Assembly (NCBI GenBank): GCA_963818295.1
Contig: CAWFRW010000007.1
Coordinates: 74,938 to 138,937, forward strand
Origin: an uncultured Bacteroidales bacterium
Lineage (GTDB): Bacteria; Bacteroidota; Bacteroidia; Bacteroidales; VadinHA17
Direction of reading: 5' to 3'
DNA: 64,000 nt
Part shown: one piece after another, positions 34,766 to 46,163 of the stretch
How positions within the stretch are numbered: the stretch's first letter is position 1
Layout of the letters: every line of letters begins with the position of its first letter
The notes under the pieces: generated by a model
What the model saw: the letters and a program-made list of their open reading frames with translations, nothing else
What the model was told of the DNA's origin: nothing
Database searches by the model: none
Made by a program: the position numbers and the translations under genes

Positions 34766-35596
34766 TTATTGCGACCTGAAGCTAAGGATACTCTCCTCTG
34801 CTTCCAGAATATAAAGCTCCCTCAGTTTGGCCATCAGTGGCAAACCAGCATCAAAGAATTTATCCTCTATACAACAGAAAGGCAAGAACCATCGGTGATG
34901 TACCTGTCATAAAAACTGATTCATAACTGGAAATATCCTCAACTCTGACACTGTTGAATTCCACACTGATCTTTTCCATCTTACATATCTCGAAGAATAT
35001 GCTTTCTTGTTATACCATTCAGGATCAGGTTATCCGGTGCGGTAACAAGTGTATTCCCCTTCACGAAAAAATATATTCGATCTGCTCCCTTCAGTTATCA
35101 TATTTTTCTCATTGACAAGCAGTGCTTCATAAGCACCATCAAGAATAAGCTTGTGATATATGTCTGATCTGAGCCTGTGATTAATCAGCTTTGATTCAGG
35201 AATTTTCCGTTCGGCATGAAACAGAATTCCTTTAACGCCATTTTTGTACTGTTCAGTTGAAGGGTACATTGGTTCAATAAAATAGACAAGGAAATTCTCC
35301 AGTCCATTATTATAGTTAAAAACTATCTTCAGATTCATCTCCCTTTTCCTTTCAGACCTTGCAAGCTCAATAATTGACCTTCTCAGGACTTCAATGCTGA
35401 CAAGCATCTCTTTGCCCTGGAGCTTCACACTCGATGATAATCGTTCCATATGGTCATTAAAAAAGACAGGATTGCCCTTTGCCATTCTAATCACTTCATA
35501 TACCGAATCGCCATCGTAAACAAGAGAATTATCGAAAAGCTCTGCCGGCTGCATCTCTCCGTTGAGGATGAATTTTTTTCCGAAACATTCATTCAT
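34766..35596 (-). pseudogene. aminotransferase class IV family protein (several frame changes in the 3' third)
   Basis: 35030..35596 has the fold-type IV look (…FNDHMERLSSS…EALLVNEKNMITEGSRSNIFF). Downstream frames continue …TAPDNLILNGITRKHI… and end …LEAEESILSFRSQ-stop (34766-34768). Confidence 0.65.
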
Positions 35597-35696
35597 TATG
35601 GCATATCTTTAGACAAAACAAAAGTACAAACTAAAGGAGATTCTGCTATCATTTCTCATTATATTCGTAGCCGGTATAGAATAGGGAGAAAACGGG

Positions 35697-37070
35697 ATGT
35701 ATGCGATAATTGACATCGAGACAACAGGCGGGAGTTCGAGGATCGAAAAAATCACTGAAATTGCCATATATCTGCATGACGGTAACCAGATAACAGGAGA
35801 ATTTTCATCTCTTATCAATCCGGAAAGGAATATCCCCTACTTCATAACAAACCTTACTGGTATTACAAATGAGATGGTGGAAGATGCACCCCGTTTTTTT
35901 GAAATGGCAAAAACAATAGTCGAACTCACGGAAGGCAGAACATTCGTTGCCCACAATGCAAGATTTGACTATTCATTTATCCGGGAGGAATTTAAATCAC
36001 TCGGATTTAATTTTAAAAGAAGTGTTCTTGACACTGTTGCACTCAGCAGAAAACTGTTTCCGGGTCATGCCTCATACAGTCTTGGCAATATTTGCAAGGA
36101 TCTGAATATTAACATTAACGGGAGACACAGGGCAGCCGGCGATGCTCTGGCAACTGTAAGACTCTTCGAACTTCTTCTTGAGCGCGACAGGGAGGTCAGC
36201 GGAAACAAGCCGGGCCTGATGAAAAACAAAAAAGCCTCAAAATTGCATCCTTCACTCGATCTTTCCAAATTAGAGAATATACCTGAGGAACCCGGAATTT
36301 ATTTTTTTTATAATGAAAAAGGAGACCTGATTTACATTGGTAAGAGCAGAAACCTGCAGCAGAGGATCAGTACTCATCTTTCAAATAATACTACAAGCCG
36401 TGCCATGGAGATGCGCGATCTGATTGCTGACATCGACTGGGAAGTGACAGGCAGTGAGCTGATCGCTCTTCTTAAGGAATCAGCAGAAATAAAACAGAAT
36501 AAGCCTGTATATAACAGGGCTCAGCGAAGGACAAGCTTTCACTGGGGAATTTTCAGCTTCGCCGATGAAAATGGTTTTATAAATTACAGGTATGGAAACC
36601 TTGACAATGATGAAGCTCCTGTTTCAGTATTCTCATCGAAGGAGAAGAGCAAGAGGCAAAGCTTGAATCAATTGTTGAGAGATACAACCTTTGTCAGAAA
36701 TTATCGGGTCTGTACGAAACTGATGGCGCCTGTTTCCACCACCAGGTAGGGTATCTGCAGGGGCGCCTGCTGCGGGAAGGAAAATGCAGCAGATTACAAT
36801 GAAAGAGCTTCAAAGGCTATTGAGGAGTTTGTCTTCACAAGACGGAATTTCTTTGTAATTGACAAAGGTCGTGATGCAGATGAACGATGTGCAGTTAAAA
36901 TTATCAATGGGAAATACGCCGGATACGGATATTTCAGCATCAATGATATGGGATTCGGCCTTTCAGCCCTTCATGATTGCATTACACCATGCTCCGACAA
37001 CCGGGATATCCAGGTCATTCTGAAGCAATATCTGAAAAATAACAGGGTGGAAAAGATTATTGATTTCTGA
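35697..37070 (+). pseudogene. DnaQ-like 3'-5' exonuclease fused to a GIY-YIG nuclease domain (frameshift near 36650-36760)
   Basis: YAIIDIETTG (Exo I), …HNARFDYSF…, and GIYFFYNEKGDLIYIGKSRNLQQRISTH (GIY-YIG). The C-terminal region continues in another frame to the TGA at 37068-37070. Confidence 0.8.
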
Positions 37071-37071
37071 T

Positions 37072-37755
37072 TTATTCATGAAACCTATAACCAATTCCGG
37101 ATTCAGTTATCAGGAGTTTAGGCCGGGCAGGATCATCTTCTATTTTTTTCCGGAGCTGAGCTATGAAGACCCTTAGATATTGTGTTTGTCCGATATAGCT
37201 GAAACCCCACACTTCCTTTAGTATACTCTGATGAGTCATGACTCTTCCAGAATTTTTTGCAAGAAGTGACAATAATGAAAATTCAGTGACTGTCAGTTTT
37301 ACAGGTATTTTATTTTTAACTGCAGTATGATTTATCAGGTCAATTGAGAGTGATCCGAAAACAAGAACAGGATTGTCCTCTTCGCCATGACTCTGTCGCA
37401 AGGCAACCCTCATTCTTGCAAGCAGTTCACCGGTTCTGAATGGTTTTGAAAGGTAATCATTGGCACCATTATCAAGACAGCCTACAATATCTTCTTCAGA
37501 GTTCCTTACCGAAAGAATTATAATTGGCTTCTGATACCATTCTCTCAGCTTTTTCAGGATCTCAATACCGTCAATATCAGGCAATCCAAGATCAAGAATG
37601 ATCAGTTCAGGATGAATTGTTGCAGCTGTTATGAGTCCTTCCCTGCCCGTTGCTGCCTCTGAAATTTTATAACCATGTGATGAGAGCGTTATTTCAAGTA
37701 ATCTCCTGATCTGTACTTCATCATCAATAATCAGAATGTTATCAGGAATATCCAT
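37072..37755 (-). CDS. kdpE: OmpR-family response regulator KdpE
   Basis: Intact 227-aa ORF with a receiver domain (…LIIDDE…ILDLGLPDIDG…) and a winged-helix domain (…GIGYRF). Lies immediately downstream of kdpD. Confidence 0.85.
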   Translation of the reverse strand: MDIPDNILIIDDEVQIRRLLEITLSSHGYKISEAATGREGLITAATIHPELIILDLGLPDIDGIEILKKLREWYQKPIIILSVRNSEEDIVGCLDNGANDYLSKPFRTGELLARMRVALRQSHGEEDNPVLVFGSLSIDLINHTAVKNKIPVKLTVTEFSLLSLLAKNSGRVMTHQSILKEVWGFSYIGQTQYLRVFIAQLRKKIEDDPARPKLLITESGIGYRFHE

Positions 37756-37768
37756 GATTAATAATTTT

Positions 37769-40443
37769 TCAATCTTTTATATTAACAACCGGAACCTCTG
37801 TAGGAATTTTAATTGTGAATTTTGCACCTCCGTTCTGGCGGTTTTCAACAGTTATTGTTCCATTATGAGCTTCTACAAATCCTTTTGCAATAGAGAGTCC
37901 CAACCCTGTCCCCCTGCTTCCGAACCTTCAACCCTGTAAAATTTATTAAAGATAAGTGAAATTTCCTTTCGCGGAAAACCCGGACCTCTGTCCATAACCT
38001 GAATTGTAAGTAATCCATTGTCACAAAATGCTTTAACCCTAAGATTTGTTGATTTTGAAGCATATTGTGTTGCATTGTAGATAAGGTTATAGAGAACCTG
38101 TTCCATCAATCCGAAGTCGATCTTAACAAGTTGCATATCTTCAGGAATAACAATATGAAGGTTGAAAGGCTTAAGCTCATCACGGAGGTTTTCAAGAACA
38201 TTATTTATCAGATCGTGAATATCATACCAGTCGAGACGTGGAGTAATTCTTCCGCTTTCGAGTCTCGACATATTCAGGAGGTTTTCAATAAGTCTGTTTA
38301 ACCTTTTGGATGCTAAGAATATTTCAAGTGGAGAGCTCCTTTCTGATTTCTTCAGTATGCTGTGTTGTGAGCAATGAATCGGAAGCTCCCATAATTGTTG
38401 CAACAGGAATTCTAAGCTCATGCGAAATTGAATTAAAAAGAGTTTTATACAGTTTGTCTGATTCGTTTAATAAGAAGGCTTGTTTTGCCATATTCCGAAG
38501 ATATTCTCTTTCAAACTTTCCTGATATCTGGGAAATAAAAGCTTCCCAGAACTGTTCCTCTCCCTGGGTAAAGACAATATCCTGCTGTATTGCGATGACA
38601 CCCAAGTTCATCTGATTTCCCTTAAGAGGATAAAATGTATAGTTTGATGAAGGCAGAGTGTCAGTGTGTCTGCCGGCTTTGGCAGAGTGCTGAAATGTCC
38701 AGATTGCAACACTCATATCATTTTTTGAAATTGTAAAATTTGAATCTTTCTGGAGTGGATAATCAAGCTGGTTCGCATCATTTTTAAGCAAGATCCTGAA
38801 TTGAGCTGAAAATATTTTTTGATATCATTTTTGGCGATAGTTAATGACCTCTTCGATGCCATTAGCTGTAGAAAGTTCTCTTGTCAGCTGATAAAGAGCA
38901 TTTGTACGCGCCTCCCGGATTCTGATTTTCATCTCCTGTTTCTTGATTCTTGATGTAAGCACACCGCTTAGCAATGCAATTATGAAAAACATTATAAGCA
39001 TAAGCATATCCTCAGGTTTATCAACATGAAGAGTATACGGTGGCGGAATGAAAAAGAAATCCCAGATAAGGGCGCTCATTGTGGCTGCCAGAAGAATAGG
39101 ACCAGTACCAAAAAAGAATGCAAGAGTTGAAACAACAAACAATAATGCAAAAGAAACAACCTGGTAACCAATAAATCCTTTAATAAAAAAACAGACAACA
39201 GCCGCAAGTACAACTACTAATGCAGCAGTTAAATATTGGCGGATATTGGATGTGAATGAGGGCAGTGAAGCATGTGTTATGAATCTGTCTTTCGACTGAA
39301 TATCTGAACCAAATATATAAACATCAATATTTCCGCTGTAGCGGATAAGCCTGTTTACGAAGTTGCCAAGCCTCAAAAGAGTATAAGAGATTACGTACAC
39401 GGGGCTTACCAATTATTATGTGCGTTATATTTTCTTTCTGTGCAAAATCCACGATTGCCTTCACCATATCACGATTTGTAACTAATCCGGAATTTAATAC
39501 CTAATTGTCTGGCAAGATTGATATTCTTATTCAGCTGTTCACTTTCCTTTTTATCAGGTTTATAGGAGGTTTCGACATAAATAGCCTGCAGATCTGCCCC
39601 CATAGTATATGACAGGTTTTTTGCCCATCTCAGCAACTTGGCTGATTGCTGGGTATGACTTACTGCTACAAGCAGATGCAATCCTGATTTCCATGGACCC
39701 TTGATCCGCTTCAGCTGCATGTATTCATGGAGTTGCTTATCGACTCTGTCGGCAACTATCCGCAACGCCATTTCTCTTAAAGCAGTTATGTTTCCCTTGC
39801 GGAAAAAACTTTCAACAGCTTCCTGCGACCGTTCCTGGGTATATACTTTACCTTCTGAAAGTCGCTGCAACAATTCTTCAGGAGTAAGATCAATAACTTC
39901 AATTTCATCTGCGTTCTCAAAAATCTCATCCGGAATTGTTTCCCTGACAATAATACCTGTAATCTGAGCGACAGTATCTGAACGGCTCTCAAGATGCTGT
40001 ACATTAACAGTTGTATATACATTTATTCCGTTATCCAGAATTTCCAAGAACATCCTGATACCTTTTGGCATGACGGCTTCCGGGGGAATTAGTATGTGCA
40101 AGTTCATCAACCAGAACTATCTGTGGCTTCCGTGCAATAATTGCATCAAGATCCATTTCATAAAGTGTCGCGGTTTTATAGCTGTACTCCTTCCGGGGAA
40201 TAATCTCAAGGCCATTGAGAAGGTCAGCAGTCTCCTTCCGGTTGTGGGTTTCAACATAACCGACCACAACATCACATCTTTTTAGTTTCTCCGCCTGGGC
40301 AGTCTGGAGCATTGTATAAGTCTTCCCCACGCCGGCACACATTCCAAAGAATATTTTCAGTTTGCCTCGTTTGCTTTTTTCCTCTTCAAGTTTTATTGAG
40401 GCTAAAAGTTCATCGGGATCCGGACGGTCGTTGCTAAGCCCAT
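37769..40443 (-). pseudogene. kdpD: full-length sensor histidine kinase KdpD (at least 7 frame changes)
   Basis: Fragments in order: KdpD N-domain with P-loop (GMCAGVGKTYTML, 40031..40342); Usp domain (39469..40110); 4-TM domain (38825..39412); GAF-like (38324..38791); HisKA/HATPase (37873..38421); and a tail [24 protein letters not shown]…VVNIKD-stop (37769-37771). Confidence 0.85.
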
Positions 40444-40452
40444 AATAATCTA

Positions 40453-41350
40453 TTATTTTTTTTCAAATTTAGAAATCAGTGCTGATGCCTGTATTTCTGT
40501 ATTTCTTATTCTTAATAACATCTGTTTCAACTCCTCAATATCATCAGATCTTGATCTCTCTTCGCGGCTCATCCTTTGTAACCTACCGTACATTTTCGGC
40601 ATGTTTTTCTTCAATTTATCTGCAATTTCATTAAAGACAAGCGATATTTCATAGAATTCATCCTTACCGTAGAAATAGAGATGCTGGTCATAATTGTTTG
40701 AAACTATCTCTTTAATACCATTGTACAACTGAAAGAACCGCTGGCTAAAATATGCTGAGAAACTGAAAATAAATCCCATTCCTATCAGAAAACATAATGA
40801 AGCGAGAATCGTCATCTGTGTCAGGGCACTTTTTGAAAAAGCTTTGGCATCATCCGTCTTCATCTCAATGGCGTTCCCGTTCATCTGGACAAAATGAGCA
40901 AGTTTCTGATGGAGATCCTCTGATTTAGTATGCAGGTAAAGCATATCTTGCAATTGATTTTGGCGAATCTTACAATATTAAGTACTGAATCCCTGTATTC
41001 GGTGAATAGTCTGATTCAATACCTGAAACCAGTTTATCCTCACCAGGCTCAGTAATGTTGTTTTTCTCGGCTAGCAGCGATTTATTTATCAGCAAAAGTT
41101 CATTAACAATTTTCAGACTATCAGGCTTTTTGTCCGATAAAAAGCCACTGTAATTTCCTTATCTATATTTATCAATACCTTCAGACATTTCCCGGCATAA
41201 ACCACTGACAGATAGTTTTCCTTAAGGATTGCACTTGTTTTGTCCGACAGCTTATTCAGATAGTACCCGGAAAAACACTGATAAGATCAGGATGATCAGA
41301 AACAAAAAAATCATTCCTAACGTAAATCTTGTCCGTATTGAATGTTTCAT
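40453..41350 (-). pseudogene. membrane sensor-like protein: TM - four-helix-bundle - TM - HAMP, with no output domain (several frame changes)
   Basis: N-terminus MKHSIRTRFTLGMIFLFLIILILSVF-SGYYLNKLSDKTSAILKE (shift in an A5 run at 41272-41276). Track ORF 40453..40953 holds TM2 plus a HAMP-like segment (…FFQLYNGIKEIVSNNYDQHLYFYGKDEFYEISLVFNEIADKL) and about 45 more aa. Confidence 0.55.
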
Positions 41351-41384
41351 AATTTAAGGCGTATGTATGTAATTTAATGATAAC

Positions 41385-41958
41385 TTACATTTTATCAAGT
41401 ACTAAATTTAGGATTAATACATTAATCCGTAGGCTCTCCCAAGATATAAAAACTGAGGTGCTTCAGTCAGATCATGGATCATTTTTAAGAGTTTTTCTTT
41501 CTGCTGGCTGTTAAAATTTCTGGCCATAATAATCCTTTCGTCTGCATTAAAGCTGATTCAGGTGAAATATGAGGATCGAGACCGCTTCCTGATGCAAAAA
41601 TCATTTCTTTTGGGATGACTGATACTATCACTGACTGAATTCATTTTGCAAAATGATCACGTCTTGAAGCTACGAGTTTCCTCAGTGTGTCGCTTGTCGG
41701 CCCGTAATTGGATGCTCCGGATGGAATTGGATTGTACCCGATGACGGAGGGTCTTGACCAGAAGTAGATTGTACTGTCGAATTTTTGTCCTATCAGTTCT
41801 GAACCTATGAGTTTACCGTCTTTTAGTATCAGACTTCCATTGGCTTTGGAAGGAAATATTAATTGTGCAACACCTGTCATCATCAAAGGGTAAATGATAC
41901 CGGTCAGAATTGTGAGAAGCATTAGAAATTTTAATGCTGTAATTATTTGTGATTTCAT
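41385..41958 (-). pseudogene. kdpC: K+-transporting ATPase subunit C (at least 2 frame changes)
   Basis: 41641..41958 (MKSQIITALKFLMLLTILTGIIYPL…) continues as …ASGSGLDPHISPESA… and ends …EPT.NVLILNLVLDKM-stop (41385-41387). Confidence 0.85.
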
Positions 41959-41993
41959 AATTAGATATTATAAGATTCTTAATTTCCGCATAT

Positions 41994-44086
41994 TTATATC
42001 AGGTGTGTTGAGACCAGCAGCATATCTATCAGCTTTATACCGATAAATGGAACTATTATTCCCCCGATTCCATATATGACAATATTAAGCGCCAGCACAC
42101 GGTTAGCTGAAACAGGGCGATACTTCACACCTCTGAGGGCAAGCGGTATAAGGATTATGATTATTAAGGCATTGAAAATAACTGCACTTAAAATAGCGCT
42201 TTCGGGAGAGGTGAGCTTCATAATATTAAGTACGCTCAACGGGGATACTCCGGAAGCAGTAACATATAATAACGTTGCAATGGCCGGAATGATAGCAAAA
42301 TATTTGGCCACATCGTTAGCAATGCTGAAAGTTGTTAGTGCCCCGCGTGTCATAAGCAGTTGTTTCCCGGTTTCAACAACTTCAATCAGTTTTGTGGGAT
42401 TACTGTCAAGGTCAACCATGTTACCCGCTTCCCGGGCTGCCTGTGTACCTGTATTCATCGCCAGTCCGACATCAGCCTGGGCAAGGGCAGGTGCATCATT
42501 TGTACCATCACCGATCATTCCAACCAGATGGCCTTTTGCCTGTTCTTCCCTTATCCGGAAAAGTTTATCTTCAGGTTTAGCCTCAGCCAGAAAATCATCA
42601 ACACCGGCCTCAGCAGCGATAGCTGCCGCAGTTTGAGGGTTGTCTCCGGTTATCATCACTGTTCTGATACCCATCATCCTGAGCTGTGCAAAACGTTGTT
42701 TAATACCCCCTTTCACTATATCCTTAAGGTGAATGACTCCAAGTACCTGACCATTTTCAGCAACTACAAGCGGAGTAGCTCCCTGGCGTGAAAGATCTGT
42801 TACTATTTCTTCTACTTTGACAGGGAAAAAACCATTGTTGTTCTCAATGAATTTTCTGATTGCAGCAGCTGAGCCTTTTCTTATGCTTCGTAACTGGCCT
42901 GCCAGGTAATTTTATATCTATACCGCTCATGCTTGTCTGTGCAGTAAAGGGTATGAATACACTTTCAAGGGAATGCATTTCTCTGGCTCTAAGATTAAAT
43001 TTCTCCTTGGCAAGGACAACTATCGAACGTCCTTCAGGCGTCTCATCGGCAAGAGATGCAAGCTGGGCGGCGTCAGCCAGAACCTCCTCCGTGATACCTT
43101 CAGCAGGTATGAATTCAGTTGCCATACGGTTACCTAATGTAATTGTTCCGGTTTTATCAAGGAGCAGAACATCGGTGTCTCCTGCGGCTTCAATAGCTCT
43201 CCCGCTTGTGGCGATAACATTTTTTCTCAGTAGTCTGTCCATTCCGCTGATGCCTATTGCACTGAGCAATCCACCTATTGTAGTCGGAATAAGACAGACA
43301 AGGAGTGAGATCAGGACTGGAAGCGAAAGATTGTGACCGGAAGATACCCCTGATGCATGAAGGCTGTAGCCAAAGTAAGCCGGCAGGGAGATAACCACCA
43401 GCAGGAATATCAGGGTAAGGCCCGACAGCAGAATAATCAGTGCTATTTCGTTAGGTGTCTTATGCCGTTTTGCCCCCTCTACAAGAGCAATCATTCTGTC
43501 CAAAAAAGTGAAACCGGGTTCCGAGGTTACACGAATTGTGATTTTATCACTGATTACTTTTGTACCGCCTGTCACAGCAGAGCGATCTCCTCCGCTTTCA
43601 CGGATCACAGGAGCGGATTCACCCGTAATAGCAGATTCATCGACACTTGCAATTCCCTCTGTTACATCACCGTCAGCAGCTATTATATCGCCTGCTTCGC
43701 AGATAATAATATCTCCTTTTCTTAACTCCGTGGCCAGAACAAACTCCTCCTTACTATTTACCAGTTTCCGGGCCTTCGTCTGGGTACGGCTTTTTCGTAA
43801 ACTATCTGCCTGTGCCTTTCCCCTTCCTTCAGCCACTGCTTCGGCGAAATTGGCAAACAGTACAGTAAACCAGAGCCATACAGAGATCTGAAAATTAAAG
43901 CCTGAAAAATGGTTGGTAATGATATCGATGAAATACCACCACCGTGGTCATTACAGCTCCGATACCCACAATGAAAATTACAGGATTCTTCACAAGAACC
44001 GACGGATTCAATTTAATAAAAGAGTCTATTAATGCCTGCAGCGCTATTTCTTTTGTAATCAAGCGACTCGAATTTCGTTGTTCCAT
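41994..44086 (-). pseudogene. kdpB: K+-transporting P-type ATPase subunit B (at least 2 frame changes)
   Basis: Fragments 43895..44086, 42844..43836 ([14 protein letters not shown]) and 41994..42716 ([26 protein letters not shown]). Confidence 0.9.
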
Positions 44087-44103
44087 ACTATTTATCTTAG
44101 AAA

Positions 44104-45789
44104 TTAAAATCCAATACCCAGATTCATTAATAAATGTTCAACTATGGGGCCTAATGCCAGAGGAGGAAAGAATGTCAGACCACCAACAATTAGAATAACA
44201 CTTATTAACAACATCACAAACAGCCAGTTATCAGTTCTGAAAGTACCTGAAGAAACCGGAGTTTTCCTTTTCCCTGCCATACTTCCTGCGATTGCCATCA
44301 CAGGTACTATTACACCAAACCGGCCAATGATCATCCCAAATGCAAGCATCACATTATAAAATACATTATTGGTTCCAAGCCCTCCAAAGGCGCTGCCGTT
44401 ATTTCCGGCTGCGGAACTGAAGGCATACAAAATTTCTGACAGCCCGTGAGGACCCGCATTTGTCAGACCCGACAGTCCCGCTGGCACTGAACAGGCGATC
44501 GCAGAAAAAATCTTTATGACTACACTTGGAGCTAAAATGGCAAGGATTGTCATTTTCATCTCATAAGCCTCTACCTTCTTGCCCAGAAATTCAGGCGTCC
44601 GTCCAACCATTAATCCCGCAATAAATACAGTGAGAAGGATAAAAATAATTATACCATACAGGCCTGATCCTACTCCTCCAAAAATTATCTCTCCCAGCAT
44701 GATATTGAACATGGAAACCATCCCCGACAGAGGAGACAAACTATCATGCATTGCGTTCACCGCTCCACAGGATGTAACCGTAGTAACTACAGACCACAAG
44801 ACGCTGTTTGCAATACCAAAACGGGTTTCTTTCCCCTCCATGCTTCCTGACACATTCAGTAAATTGTTATGGCTGTATTCTGACCACAGTGATATGCCAA
44901 GGCCTATTACGAGCAGTACGAACATTGTAATAAAGACAGTCCGTGCCTGGCGCCCGGACCCCGCATAATGGCCATACGTAAAGACCAAACCGCCCGAAAT
45001 AATGATCAGTGCAAACATCTCCAGAAAATTGGAAAAAGGGGTTGGGTTCTCAAAAGGGTGAGCACTGTTTGCTCCGAAAAATCCTCCTCCGTTTGTGCCA
45101 AGTTGCTTGATAGCAATCTGTGAGGCAGCGGGACCAAGAGGTATAATTTGCTCTGTTCCCTGCAAAGTTGTTGCACTGGCATAATGAGAAAATGTCTGTA
45201 CTACTCCCTGTCCCATCAACAAAACTGCAAGAATAACAGACAGAGGCAATAAAACATAGACTACGCTTCTTGTCAGGTCCACCCAGAAACTGCCGAGTGC
45301 ATCAGAAGTTTTCCTTGTCAACCCCCTAATCAGGGCCAGCGCAACAGCTATACCGGTCCCCGCGCTGACAAAATTCTGAACTGTCAGTCCCAGCATCTGC
45401 ACAAAGTAACTCAATGTATTTTCACCGCTGTAGGATTGCCAGTTTGTATTCGTTACAAAACTGACAGCTGTATTAAACGAAAGATGCCATGAAACATCAG
45501 GCAGATGTTCAGTGTTAAGTGGCAGATATGACTGAAATATTTGCAGGAGGAAGAGAATAACAATACCAAATAAATTGAATAGCAGAACACCATATAAATA
45601 TGTCTTCCAGTTCATTTCCTCATCACCGGTGATTCCGGCCATCCTGTAGATGAATTTTTCAAGCCAGCCAAGAACAGGCTTCATAAAGTGCTTTTCCCCC
45701 ATAAATACCCTCGCCATATACTTTCCCAGCAAGGGAGCAAGGGCAATCAGCACCAATAAATAAATAATCAGTTGTATCGCTTCATTCAT
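44104..45789 (-). CDS. kdpA: K+-transporting ATPase subunit A
   Basis: Intact 561-aa ORF, KdpA-like along its full length (…NTNWQSYSGE…GTNGGGFFGANSAHPFENP…). Confidence 0.95.
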   Translation of the reverse strand: MNEAIQLIIYLLVLIALAPLLGKYMARVFMGEKHFMKPVLGWLEKFIYRMAGITGDEEMNWKTYLYGVLLFNLFGIVILFLLQIFQSYLPLNTEHLPDVSWHLSFNTAVSFVTNTNWQSYSGENTLSYFVQMLGLTVQNFVSAGTGIAVALALIRGLTRKTSDALGSFWVDLTRSVVYVLLPLSVILAVLLMGQGVVQTFSHYASATTLQGTEQIIPLGPAASQIAIKQLGTNGGGFFGANSAHPFENPTPFSNFLEMFALIIISGGLVFTYGHYAGSGRQARTVFITMFVLLVIGLGISLWSEYSHNNLLNVSGSMEGKETRFGIANSVLWSVVTTVTSCGAVNAMHDSLSPLSGMVSMFNIMLGEIIFGGVGSGLYGIIIFILLTVFIAGLMVGRTPEFLGKKVEAYEMKMTILAILAPSVVIKIFSAIACSVPAGLSGLTNAGPHGLSEILYAFSSAAGNNGSAFGGLGTNNVFYNVMLAFGMIIGRFGVIVPVMAIAGSMAGKRKTPVSSGTFRTDNWLFVMLLISVILIVGGLTFFPPLALGPIVEHLLMNLGIGF

Positions 45790-45826
45790 GTTTCTAAAGT
45801 ATAAGATATAAAATCAGGTAAGGTGA

Positions 45827-45877
45827 GTCGGAAGTCGGAAGCAGGCTTCGGTCTTCGGCTTCGGACTTCCGTCTTCC
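45827..45877. repeat. 7-nt stuttered inverted word island inside the kdp operon
   Basis: GTCGGAA GTCGGAA GCAGG CTTCGGT CTTCGGC TTCGGAC TTCCGTC. The left and right halves are near reverse complements, so it can form a hairpin. It fills most of the 87-nt kdpF-kdpA spacer. Confidence 0.85.
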
Positions 45878-46041
45878 TAAAATTTTTCCGGATGCAATAA
45901 TGTATATATTAAATAACCCAGAATAAAGAGAGCAATTATGCCTCCGGTAATATAGCTTATGTGACTGTTGGATACGGCCTCGCCCGGATGAACAGGAACT
46001 ACCCCTAAGGGCATGAACAAAGCTGCAAATTTTGTTTTCAT
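45877..46041 (-). CDS. kdpF: K+-transporting ATPase subunit F (start uncertain; only the last ~26 codons look KdpF-like)
   Basis: Unlisted short ORF ending …ITGGIIALFILGYLIYTLLHPEKF-stop (45877-45879), a single TM with the KdpF-type tail, directly upstream of kdpA. In-frame ATGs at 46041 and 46014. Confidence 0.5.
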   Translation of the reverse strand: MKTKFAALFMPLGVVPVHPGEAVSNSHISYITGGIIALFILGYLIYTLLHPEKF

Positions 46042-46163
46042 TTTATCTTGCTTTTAAACAATCTTTAATGCAGCAAAATTGCACCGGAAGTTATAATGCT
46101 TTTATAAGAAGTAAGAGTTAAACCATAAAGATTTCATAAATATTGAAACGCCATTAATACATA

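Noticed and set aside
42076-42636. Long antisense or overlapping ORFs inside real genes (for example 1223..1810, 6226..6627, 15430..15990, 20343..20681, 42076..42636, 42860..43336, 43508..43891, 44579..44968)
   Set aside because: These are shadow ORFs opposite or overlapping strongly recognisable genes (PiT, MFS, thrA, kdpB, kdpA). Their translations are low-complexity, with no motifs.
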